64,000 nucleotides of DNA from Cenarchaeum sp. (GTDB lineage: Archaea > Thermoproteota > Nitrososphaeria > Nitrososphaerales > Nitrosopumilaceae), in contig CBDESU010000001.1 in the NCBI GenBank assembly GCA_965242695.1, positions 832,001-896,000 of the forward strand, written 5' to 3'. The notes beneath the pieces were generated by a model that was not told where the DNA came from, did no database searches, and saw only the letters and a program-made list of their open reading frames with translations. Position numbers and translations under genes: made by a program. Positions 49,687-59,300 of this stretch are shown here, in pieces; position 1 is the first letter of the stretch; every line of letters begins with the position of its first letter.

Positions 49687-51174
49687 ATGGCGACAAGTGA
49701 TGAAAGACTAGACGAGGATACAATGGTAGAGCGTATGGCACTACTGAATCCGTGGTGGGCGACAGGGTCTGTGCCGACTTGGTTTGTCAAAGAGTTCAGG
49801 AGGCGCGACCATACAGCCTTGGCGCGGCACATGGACAAGCCCGAGGCCCAGACAATCTTGGGCGCTAGGAGGGTAGGAAAGACGACCATGCTCTACCAAC
49901 TTACCTCTGACCTTCTTTCGTCCGGCACCGATCCGCATCGCATACTGTTTTTGTCCCTAAGGGAGCAGGGCATTGGCCGGAACTCTGAAAACCTCCGGCA
50001 CGTGCTCGAGGTGTATGCCCGCAACGTCCTTGGCGAGTCCATCTACAGCCTGACAAAAAGAGCCTACGTCATCCTCGACGAGGTGCACCTGATCAAAGAC
50101 TGGCAGATCATAGTCAAGCATTTTTACGATCAGGCATGGCCCGTAAAGTTTATCGTGTCGGGCTCGTCGGCTGCAGACATACTGGCCGGCTCGTCCGAGT
50201 CGCTTGTGGGGCGTGTGTGGCATCAGACACTGTATGCTATGAGCTTTGTTGAATTTGTCGCATTCAAAAATCCTAGAATTGCGGATGCCTTGGAGTCTGC
50301 CGGCTTGGCAATGAGGTCGGGCTTGATCAGGTCTGCCGAAGGGGGCGGTGCGTTGCCTTTCTACGAGAGCGTCAAGCAGGCCTCGCTCGGTCTTGCCATG
50401 CACAAGACGAAGATTGTGGCGAACCTTGCGGAATACATGCGGCACGGTGGCTACCCCGCGGTGGCCGCGAACGACAATCCCATGGAGCGGAAGGATATGA
50501 TCAAAATGTATATCGACATTTCGTTACACAAGGATGCCGCCAGATCCAGCAACGTGAGGAACCAGGAGCTGCTCGAACGTACGTTCTACGATCTTGCGTG
50601 GAAGTCCCCCCGTATGATCAACATGACTAGGATGTCTAGCGATTTTGGGGCCAGCAAAGAAACTATCTGTGCCTACGGCGACGCGTTAAAGTGGGCGTTT
50701 CTCGTCTCGTACGCCGAGTTCTACACGCCGCGCCCAGCGATCAGGCACCGCAAAGACACAAAGGTATATATCAACGATGTCGGCATTCGAAACGCGGCCA
50801 TCTCGCCGCTTGCCAGCGGTAATCCTGCCACAGATCCCACGGAGGCCGGAAGGATGGCCGAGACTGTGGCCGCCGACCACACGAGGAGGCTATGGCATTC
50901 ACTCGAGCCAATGTCAACTTCCTTCATTCCGTACTACTGGCACAACGGAGGTGGGGTAGAGGTAGACCTAGTTATTACGCTACACCAGCGGCCAATTCCT
51001 GTAGAGGTAAAGTACAGGCAGCGCGTGAAAGAGTCCGATCTCAAAGGCCTGTCGCGCTTTTCGGCCAGGTTCGACCCGCCGCTGGGCATCGCCGTGTCGC
51101 GCAACGACGTTCGCCTCATCGGGGACGGGGACATAGTGGCGGTTCCGCTGTGGCTATACCTGCTCATGTGCTAG
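49687..51174 (+). CDS. AAA+ ATPase with DUF4143 / C-terminal PD-(D/E)XK-like domain
   Basis: NPWW, GARRVGKTT, ILDEVH, SGSS, ESLVGR, GGYP, KVYINDVG, EVDLV..PVEVK; TATATAA box ~29 nt before ATG 49687. Confidence 0.92.
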   Translation: MATSDERLDEDTMVERMALLNPWWATGSVPTWFVKEFRRRDHTALARHMDKPEAQTILGARRVGKTTMLYQLTSDLLSSGTDPHRILFLSLREQGIGRNSENLRHVLEVYARNVLGESIYSLTKRAYVILDEVHLIKDWQIIVKHFYDQAWPVKFIVSGSSAADILAGSSESLVGRVWHQTLYAMSFVEFVAFKNPRIADALESAGLAMRSGLIRSAEGGGALPFYESVKQASLGLAMHKTKIVANLAEYMRHGGYPAVAANDNPMERKDMIKMYIDISLHKDAARSSNVRNQELLERTFYDLAWKSPRMINMTRMSSDFGASKETICAYGDALKWAFLVSYAEFYTPRPAIRHRKDTKVYINDVGIRNAAISPLASGNPATDPTEAGRMAETVAADHTRRLWHSLEPMSTSFIPYYWHNGGGVEVDLVITLHQRPIPVEVKYRQRVKESDLKGLSRFSARFDPPLGIAVSRNDVRLIGDGDIVAVPLWLYLLMC

Positions 51175-52289
51175 TCGACGCCGCCGGCATTGCCCGACTC
51201 CTGCGCGCCGGATGTTGCGGCGGGAGTCTGCCATCCGCCACCGACGCCGGCCTCTTCGCCCCGCTCGTCTAGGTACCTGTTGACGTCGAGCGCGGCCATG
51301 CACCCGTAGCCGCCCGCCGTAATGGCCTGCCTGTACCTGCGGTCGTGCACGTCGCCGGCGGCGAACACGCCCCTGGCGCTAGTCTCCGTGCCGTTCCTGA
51401 CGACGACGTACCCGTCCCCGTCGGTCTCGACCTGGCCGGCGAACAGGGCCGTGTTCGGGTCGTGCCCGATTGCGACGAACACGCCGGATGCCCGTATCGT
51501 CTCGTCCTGCCCCGTCCTCGAGTTGCGCACCACTACCTCAGAGACCTTGTCGTCGCCGCGAATGTCGGCGACCTGGCACGACAGGTGCATCGTAATGCGC
51601 GGGTTGGCCATGGCGCGCTCCTGCATTATCTTGCTGGCGCGCAGCTCCTCGCGCCGGTGCACCACGTGCACGTTCGGCGAGAACTTTGTCAGGAACGTGG
51701 CCTCTTCCATGGCCGAGTCGCCGCCGCCGACGACGACGATATCCTTGTCGCGAAAGAACGGCCCGTCGCAGGTGGCGCAGTACGAGACGCCTCGGCCGGC
51801 AAGGGCGCTCTCGCCGTCGAGTCCTAGCTTGCGCGGGCTGGCCCCCGTGCATATGATCACGGCGTCCGCCTCGTACTCTTCGCCGGACGTGAGGACCTTT
51901 AGCGGCTCGCGCCTAAAGTCGACGTCGATGGCCTCCTCGTCGAGCATGGTCGTGCCCATCGCCTTGGCCTGCTCCCTCATGTCGGCCATCAGGTCGGGGC
52001 CCATCACGCCTGCCTTGAAGCCCGGATAGTTCTCGACCTCGGTCGTGTTGACGAGCTGGCCGCCGGGCAGGGGGCCAGAGAGCAGCAGCGTGTCGTGCCG
52101 CGCCCGAGAGCAGTAGATGCCGGCCGTGTATCCGGCCGGGCCGGCCCCGATTATAATGACCTCGTACCGGGTCTTCTTGCGCTCAATGTCCGGCGGCGGA
52201 GGGGGCGGAGGGGGAGGGGCGCTGCGCCCCTCGGCGCCGCCGTCCCTGCGGAGGAGCACGGTGGAGCCGGACTCTGATCCCGCCATCAT
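51171..52289 (-). CDS. trxB: Thioredoxin-disulfide reductase
   Basis: IIGAGPAG, GGQL, CATCDG, GGGDSAMEEA, HRR, FAAGDV..YRQAITA. Confidence 0.97.
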   Translation of the reverse strand: MMAGSESGSTVLLRRDGGAEGRSAPPPPPPPPPDIERKKTRYEVIIIGAGPAGYTAGIYCSRARHDTLLLSGPLPGGQLVNTTEVENYPGFKAGVMGPDLMADMREQAKAMGTTMLDEEAIDVDFRREPLKVLTSGEEYEADAVIICTGASPRKLGLDGESALAGRGVSYCATCDGPFFRDKDIVVVGGGDSAMEEATFLTKFSPNVHVVHRREELRASKIMQERAMANPRITMHLSCQVADIRGDDKVSEVVVRNSRTGQDETIRASGVFVAIGHDPNTALFAGQVETDGDGYVVVRNGTETSARGVFAAGDVHDRRYRQAITAGGYGCMAALDVNRYLDERGEEAGVGGGWQTPAATSGAQESGNAGGVD

Positions 52290-52597
52290 GACGGCCCGCG
52301 CGGCCGGCAGTTACAATTTAAGTCATGGGCGGAGGCCCCTCCCGGACGGTGGGCGGCTTTCGCGCAGGGGCGCATGCGAGGTACAATGGCCCATGTCCCG
52401 GCCGCCGACTCCGCGCGGCGGCTGGATTGGCACGGGAGTGGGGGATGCGGGCGGGCTCGATTCGATGCGCGGCCGCCGACCGGCGGGGCTGCCATGCGGA
52501 TTGCCACGCGCCGGACATCTGCAGGCTGAACGCCCACCTGAGGATGTCCAAACGCCTGTTAGCCACCATTCATATACCATTGGTAGGGCGGGGGTTC

Positions 52598-53629
52598 GTG
52601 GAATCTGTAACAAGGCAGGTCACTAGACAGGGCAGTCCTGCGGAGGGGAGGGGAAGAACTGCCACGCCCCACGAGTCCTTGACAGGTTCTAGCGGCGTAG
52701 AAGAGTCCCTGCCACCCCTCCCGCAACTTGGCGACAAGTTTACGGAGGAGCAGATGCGCGAGAGGTTTGATGTAGCCACAACAGGCGGCATCCGGGCAAG
52801 CTTGACATCGTCTGACATCGTGCTTGTCCGCAATGTGCACAGTGACTACGACGACGTTGAAGACGGCAAACGCATCACGTACATCGGCCAGTACTACAGT
52901 GGAAAGCATGATCAGATGATCCTAGGAAATCTGAAGCTGGCAAAGTCGCGGGAAAACGGCCGCCGCGTCCTATACTTTGTCAAGCAGGACGGAGTGCTTG
53001 AATTCAGCGGCCTTGTCGAGTGTGTCGCATCCCGCCACAAGGACGATCCCCTGCGCCCAGGTGCGCTTGCCTTTGAGCTGGAAATGATCGATGTCGCTGC
53101 CGGTGCGGCCGCCGAACGCCGGAATGGTCACGCCGACCAGCCGAGATTCTCCGTGTCGACAGTGCCCGATCTTGACATGATCATGGAAGTAGAGCGCAAA
53201 ATTTTTGATCGGCGCTCCTTTTCCAGCCGATCCGAATTGGCCGCGGCCCTGCCCGCAGGCATCGCCTCGGCACTGCTTGACAGGGTACTAAACTATTTGG
53301 AGTATTCTGAAAAGATCACCACCGACAATGGATCCATACGCTGGTCGTTCAGCGGCGCCGCTCCACCCGAAGATTCAAGTACCGGTTGCAAGGACGGCGG
53401 CGCATTGGCAGCTACCGCCGTGACAGAGGAGCCTGTCCACATTCTCACCCTAGAAGAGCGCCTCTCGCCTGATCTCGACAACGATCTGCCGTACAGCGAA
53501 GAGATCGAGAGGGCGATTGCCGACTGCGAGGCCGGCCGTAACATGGGAAAGACCTACGCACCAGGTGAATACCGTGAACATCTTAGGAAGGAGTATGGCA
53601 TTGGCACCGTGGAACATCAGGCCGAGTAA
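52598..53629 (+). CDS. SRA/PUA-like domain + winged-helix-like segment + antitoxin-like tail
   Basis: GGIRAS..IVLV..YDD..ITYIGQ..DQM..GNLKL..RVLYFVK..FEL resembles SRA-like domains of modification-dependent nucleases; tail EEIERAIADCEAGR; start GTG 52598 by TATA spacing. Confidence 0.7.
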   Translation: MESVTRQVTRQGSPAEGRGRTATPHESLTGSSGVEESLPPLPQLGDKFTEEQMRERFDVATTGGIRASLTSSDIVLVRNVHSDYDDVEDGKRITYIGQYYSGKHDQMILGNLKLAKSRENGRRVLYFVKQDGVLEFSGLVECVASRHKDDPLRPGALAFELEMIDVAAGAAAERRNGHADQPRFSVSTVPDLDMIMEVERKIFDRRSFSSRSELAAALPAGIASALLDRVLNYLEYSEKITTDNGSIRWSFSGAAPPEDSSTGCKDGGALAATAVTEEPVHILTLEERLSPDLDNDLPYSEEIERAIADCEAGRNMGKTYAPGEYREHLRKEYGIGTVEHQAE

Positions 53630-53882
53630 ACGAGTCGAAGACGCACTTCGATATTACAAGGCCGACAAGGCGGTTTGTAACGGTTATGGCCACATTGTTG
53701 AGGACTTGATACGCTCGACTAACCCCGCATCCGTGGGCGTTCCAAAAAAAGGCCGACATGGCGGTTCTGTTGGCACACATGTGACAAAATCCGTCGTTCT
53801 TATTTTTAGAACCGACTACCTAGCACACCGTGTCGATCTGACGTGGATGGGAGATCACAAGAAGGTGAATGGACGCGACTGA
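53595..53882 (+). CDS. RelE/ParE-superfamily toxin-like protein
   Basis: 95 aa, basic; NP..G..KKG, VVLIFRTD, C-terminal GDHKKV; overlaps the upstream gene by 35 nt. Confidence 0.7.
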   Translation: MALAPWNIRPSKRVEDALRYYKADKAVCNGYGHIVEDLIRSTNPASVGVPKKGRHGGSVGTHVTKSVVLIFRTDYLAHRVDLTWMGDHKKVNGRD

Positions 53883-54204
53883 GGCAGTCGACCGGCATCC
53901 GCCCACGGGCGCGCCTTGAAAGACAGTCGGTGCTTTGACCCGATGCCAGCGCATGCGGCGCATTTGGCCCGCGCCGGCGGGGTCTTGGCCCGCGCGCCGA
54001 TGCTTGAAGCGGGCAGATTTCCGCACTGCATCGGGCAGGACGGCACCGCCTCACAGACGGGACACGATGCGGCGAACCGGGTGTTATGGCCTCGACCCCG
54101 CGGTGCGCCTCTGCCGGATCGACCGTACTCTCTTCCGAGTCGGCACCGGCGCCGGGTGCGCCGCGCGACCAGTCGGCCGCGCCCGCGCCCGCCGCGGGCA
54201 TCGA

Positions 54205-55035
54205 TCACCGCCGGCCCAAGTGCCCGCCGCCCTCCTCCTCAGCCCGGATCCTGTCATCCTCCGCCGCATGCGCCGCAAGCGCCGCCCGGTGCGCGCCGCA
54301 CAGCCGGCCCGAGCGCACCTGCGAGTGCAGCAGGTCGGACTGCCAGTGGGCGTTGTACAGGCGGCAGTCGCGATCCTTGCAGAACGCCTCGCCGGTAACA
54401 AAGTGCATCGCGGCCTGCAGTGCATACCCGTACGCCGCCTCGGCGAGCCGCGCATCGCCGCCCACGAGGAACTCGCCGGCGTACCGCCTGTCGATCTCTT
54501 CCAGATCCGCGCCGCCCACCGCCCGCGAGGCCATCACATCGATGCAGTACCGGCGGGGCCTTGCCGGCGCCTCCACAATCCCCGTCGTCGAGACCAGCGC
54601 GGGGTTTGCCGCGACAAGAGCCCTGCCGTGGTATCTCATCCCGTCGGGGTCGTACGTGCACGGCAGGCGGTCCGTCAGCACCACGTGAAACGCGTACGGG
54701 TCGGACGCATCCCGCCCCGGGATCATGGATGCCGCAGCGCGCTGCAGCTCGAACCCGTCGTAGCATGTGATGTCCCCGTTCCGGCCTCCGCGCATCTCGC
54801 GCTCGACGGCCTCTTCGTCCGGCTCGCGCCGCTCGAACGGGCGGTAGATGCTGCGCACCGCACACGCCGCCAGGGCGCGCGCCTGCCGGCGCGTGGGGCT
54901 CGGGAACAGGCCCGCGGGCCGCCCCTCGTGCCGCACGCGGGGCCCGAGGGCGGCGGCCAGCCGCCGCGCCAGCGCATGCGAATCGATCGCCGCCTCGGAC
55001 GGCTCGCCGTGTACTACGACGCGCTCGATCCTCAA
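54205..55035 (-). CDS. Conserved archaeal putative metallopeptidase (DUF6775-like)
   Basis: YDGFEL, TDRL.CTYD..RYHGRA, STTGIVEAPARP, FC..DCRLYNAHWQ..LC..H. Confidence 0.8.
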   Translation of the reverse strand: MRIERVVVHGEPSEAAIDSHALARRLAAALGPRVRHEGRPAGLFPSPTRRQARALAACAVRSIYRPFERREPDEEAVEREMRGGRNGDITCYDGFELQRAAASMIPGRDASDPYAFHVVLTDRLPCTYDPDGMRYHGRALVAANPALVSTTGIVEAPARPRRYCIDVMASRAVGGADLEEIDRRYAGEFLVGGDARLAEAAYGYALQAAMHFVTGEAFCKDRDCRLYNAHWQSDLLHSQVRSGRLCGAHRAALAAHAAEDDRIRAEEEGGGHLGRR

Positions 55036-55060
55036 CGCGCAGCGCCCGCTTGAAGCGGGC

Positions 55061-55894
55061 CTAGCCCCGCTCGGCCGGGCCGTACTCCTTTACCTTTGCG
55101 GCGGCGACCTCGGCGGCCTTTTTCCCAGAGAACAGCATCGAGCCGAACGTGGGGCCCATCCGCGCCAGCCCGTGCGTCTCCGTAACCGACATGCCGGCCG
55201 CGACGAGGCCGGGGTACACCTCTCCGGTGCTGCGCACGACCTGGTCCTCGCCCTCGTCGACGTGCATCGGGTCCATGCCCTTCCACTCGACTAGCCCCCT
55301 GTCGACGAGCCGCTTTACGGCGACCGAGTCGTGGCCGGACGCGTCGATCACGACCCTCGACTCTAGCGCGACGGGGTCGACGCATGTAATGTTGCGCGGC
55401 AGCGCGGACACGGGCATCCAGTTGACGACGACCCCGGCGACGCGGCCGCCCTTTAGCACCAGGTCGTCGAACTTTGTCAGGTTCAGGAACTTTACGCCCG
55501 CATCGCAGGCCGACGCGATGAGCTTTGAGACGGCGTGGGGGCCGGGCGTAAGGTACAGCCCGTCGGCGGCCTTCTTGTACGGCACGCCGAGCTCGTCCCA
55601 GACGCGGTTGGCCGGCTCCCGCACGGTGACGGGGTTCATCATGTAGCCGCCGAGCCAGTACCCCCCGCCGAGGTAGTTGTTCTGCTCTATGACAAGGACG
55701 CGGAACCCCATGAGGCCGAGCTCGCGCGAGGCCGTCAGGCCGGCGGGGCCTGCCCCGATGACGAGCACGTCGGACTCTGCCATGTCGAGCAGGACGCGGT
55801 TGAACTCTGTCGCAATGGCCCTCGTAATCGACGCCTCGCCGACGGGCGCGAATATCTTTGACGGGCCGGCCTCGGCGTCGCTTGCCCTCTGCAC
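55061..55894 (-). CDS. thi4: Thi4-family adenosine diphosphate thiazole synthase
   Basis: IGAGPAG, LGGG.W.GG, CVDP, DASGHD, GM, HGLARMGPTFGSM..SG.KAA. Confidence 0.95.
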   Translation of the reverse strand: MQRASDAEAGPSKIFAPVGEASITRAIATEFNRVLLDMAESDVLVIGAGPAGLTASRELGLMGFRVLVIEQNNYLGGGYWLGGYMMNPVTVREPANRVWDELGVPYKKAADGLYLTPGPHAVSKLIASACDAGVKFLNLTKFDDLVLKGGRVAGVVVNWMPVSALPRNITCVDPVALESRVVIDASGHDSVAVKRLVDRGLVEWKGMDPMHVDEGEDQVVRSTGEVYPGLVAAGMSVTETHGLARMGPTFGSMLFSGKKAAEVAAAKVKEYGPAERG

Positions 55895-56303
55895 GGCCGG
55901 CGGCGGGGCGGGCCCGATTAATACCCTTGGCGGGCGGCCCGAATCCGGCCGCCTCGCCGATCTGCGCCGGCTGCCGGCATGCGCGGGGGCTTAGTGGAAG
56001 GGGAGGGGGGGAGGGGGAATGCCGGCCATGGCCCTTGGCTCAGCGCGTGCGCTGCACGGCTGGATGGGGGAGGGGGTGACGGCGGCGCGCGGCGGAGTGT
56101 GCAGTGCAATGGGGGGGGGGAGGGCCGCCTTGACGCGGCATCGGGAACTGGAAGGGAGAGGGGCAGGGGGCGGCCGGGAGCCGCCGGCAGCCTCCTGGGA
56201 TGCGCCGACCTTTTTTTTTGCACGCCGCTACATGGGCCGGCCCGGGGCAGGCGCCGCCCCTGATGGTTCTTATAACCGGGCAAGTGGGGCGGCCTTTACG
56301 GAC

Positions 56304-59300
56304 ATGACGACCTTGCCAGGGCGCTCAAGTTCACCGCGCACGGGGCGATCGGCTCCATCGGCGCAGCGCCGCGGGCGCGTGTGGGGGACTGCCGCCGGTA
56401 CCTCCCGGCCGCGCCTGGCCCTGATCGGGGCGGCAGCGGCCTGCCTGGCCGCCTCCGCAGCCGTGGCGGCGACGGCTGCCGTCGACGGCGGCGAACAGGG
56501 CGCCGCCCCGCAGTACGGCCAGCTGCTGCCGGAGGCGCACGCGCACGCCATCTCCGGACTGGCCGTCGATGCGTACGCCGTAGGGCCGCGGCAGGTCAAC
56601 GTCGTCTTTGCGCCAAGCCTGCCCAACGTGGACCGCCTGCTCGGCACCCCCTCCATAAGCGACCACCGCGCGAGGACGCAGACCGCCTACCACGCAGGGG
56701 GCACGACGCACACGATTACGCTGAGCGGCCCGGACATGCCGACGGACGCGACCGGCTCGGTGCAGATGCACTCGGGCGGCATCCACTTTGGCGTTCGGCA
56801 CAACCACCGCCTTCCAAATTCGTTCACCATTGCAATACACGACCGCCAGGCTCCCCACCTCGACACCAGGGTGACCCCTACGCTCGACCTGAGCGCGGGC
56901 ACATTCACGTTCAGGGCGACCGAGCCGCTCGTGGCCGGCCCCGGCGGGACCACAGCGGCGCACGTGGGGCTGGCCGGCCTCGGGTCGCTGACATCCGCCG
57001 ACGCGGTGTCCTTCAGGGGCGCCGACGTCACGATCGACCTGTCGACTGCGACGCACGAGCGACTCGACAGGGACGTCCGCGCCTGGCCCTCGTCGAAGAC
57101 GTCGACGACCATGAAGTTCACGACGGTCGGCCTGCGCGACATCACCACATGGCACGACCGCGTGCACCACGGCCACCGCGGCTACGACCTCGACTCGGGC
57201 AGGTGGTGGCTGCCCATGGCGGTCGTCCGCGACACGGTTCCGCCCGTGCTCACACGCAACCCGCAGCTCGACTTCAACACGGGCGTGCTGACCATTACGC
57301 TCAGCGAGCCGGTCACCTACTTTTACATGCCATACCTGTTCCTCGAGGACAGGAACGGCGGCAGCCGCCAGCACGTCGCCGGCGCGTCGTACCCGAGCGG
57401 CCTGGACTCGACCGTCGTGCCGATCACCCTGTCGGCAGCGCAGCTCGAGAGGCTCTCGACCATGTACGCCGCATCGGGGGGCCTGCGCCTCGACATGCAC
57501 CGCGGCACGGTGAGGGATGCGGCCAACAACCCACTCGAGGGCGTCTTCGACAGGGCGATCGATGTCACGGCCGACAACGTAAGGCCGGCGCTCGACGGGG
57601 GCAGGTCCCCGAGCGTCGACCTGTCGAGGCAGCGGATAACCGTGCACTTTGCAGAGACCATGGACGTCTCGAGGACGGATGCCTCGAAGATATACGTGTC
57701 AAACTCGACCGCCGGCTCTGAGGTTCCGCTCTCGGACGGGACCGTGTCTGGCCGCGACGGGAGGGCCGTCACGGTGTCGTTCCCGCCGGCGACAAAGGCC
57801 ATGATTGCAGAACGTGGCACCGCGCTGCGCGTCGGCGCCGATCCGGACGCGTTCCGCGACATCCAGGGCAACGGTAACGGACGCATCGATCCCGTGTCGG
57901 CAACCTACACGCGCGACACGTCGCGGCCGGGGATTGCATGGCACAGCCCCGCCCTGGACCTCGGCACTGGGCTGCTGACCATACGGGCGACCGACGTTAT
58001 CGACACGGATCGCATATCCCCCCGGGGATTCTCCCTGCACCTTACCGACTCTGCCGATGCGCACCGCAGTACGGACCTGCCGCTGGCGGGGGCCGGCGTG
58101 GCGAGTACGGGACCCTACGCGGAGACGATGGAGCTGAGGCTCACCGAGTCCCAGAGGGCCGCCGCCGTCTCCGCCTCGGCCGACGGCATCCCGAGCGCAA
58201 AGGTCGGGATCAGGGGCTGGGCGTACCAGGACTATCCCGAGCACAACCATGGGTGGTACGTGTTCGGCGCGGGATCCGCCCCCGTGGCAGTCACTGCCGA
58301 CCGCGTGCCGCCGCAGCTTGCGTCGGATCCCGTCCTGAACCTGGACGACGGCACCGTGCGGCTAGAGTTTGACGAGTACATTGACGCATCCGGGATCAGC
58401 CGGTCGGGAGTGGACGTGTCCGTATTCGCCAACGGCAGCGTGTCGCTGTCCGCGGGCGGCCGCCTGCTCCCGGCGGCAGAGCAGGCCGGCGGCACGCTAG
58501 TCGTCCTGGACATGACGGATGCCCTCGAGGACGCCGTGTACAACGCGCACGGGAACGGATCGACCTTTACCTTGGGGGTGCCCGGCTCTGCGTTCTACGA
58601 CATGTCGGGCAACGCGCTTGCCGCGGTGACAAACAGGACTGCGAGCGCGACGGCCGGCCAGGCCGATCTGGAGCTGGCATCGAGCGTCCTTGATCTCGGC
58701 TCCGGCGAGCTCTCTCTAGAGTTCAACCGCGACATCTCTGCGCCGGCGCCGGCCTCGCTGTCTGGCATTGTGGTGGCCGGCGCATCGGACGGCGCGGGGC
58801 GGACGGACATGTTGGGCCTGCCCGTCAACCACACCGGAAGCGGCGTGTCGATCTCGCTGACGGCGGCCAAAAAGGCCGATCTGGTTGCCGCCAACATGTC
58901 CGGCAGCTTGGTACTGTCGATCGGGCCCGGCGTGTTTGTCGACGAGCACCACCACGCCCTTGACAGTATGACCAACGCGACCCTTGCGGTAGTTGGGGAC
59001 GACGATCTGCCTGCAATTGTTGGGAGTCCAAAGCTGGACCCGTTCGCAGGCCGCCTGTCGATCGCGTTCGACGAGTACATAGACATGGACGGGGTAGATC
59101 CGGGCCAGATTGCGCTGTACGGCGGCGGCGGCGGCGGGACGATCGTGCGGCTGACGGGCAACACGGTGCTGTCGCAGGCCGACGGCGACGAGCTCGTCGT
59201 GGCCCTAGAGCCACTGCAGGTGCTCCAGGTGCACCACGCGCGGCGCGCCAGTTCCGAGGGCCAGCTGCTCGCCGACGTCAACTCGTCGGCCGTGCACGAC

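Noticed and set aside
41231-49700. Integrated virus or island at tRNA-Ser
   Set aside because: No integrase and no duplicated tRNA 3' end were seen in the window.
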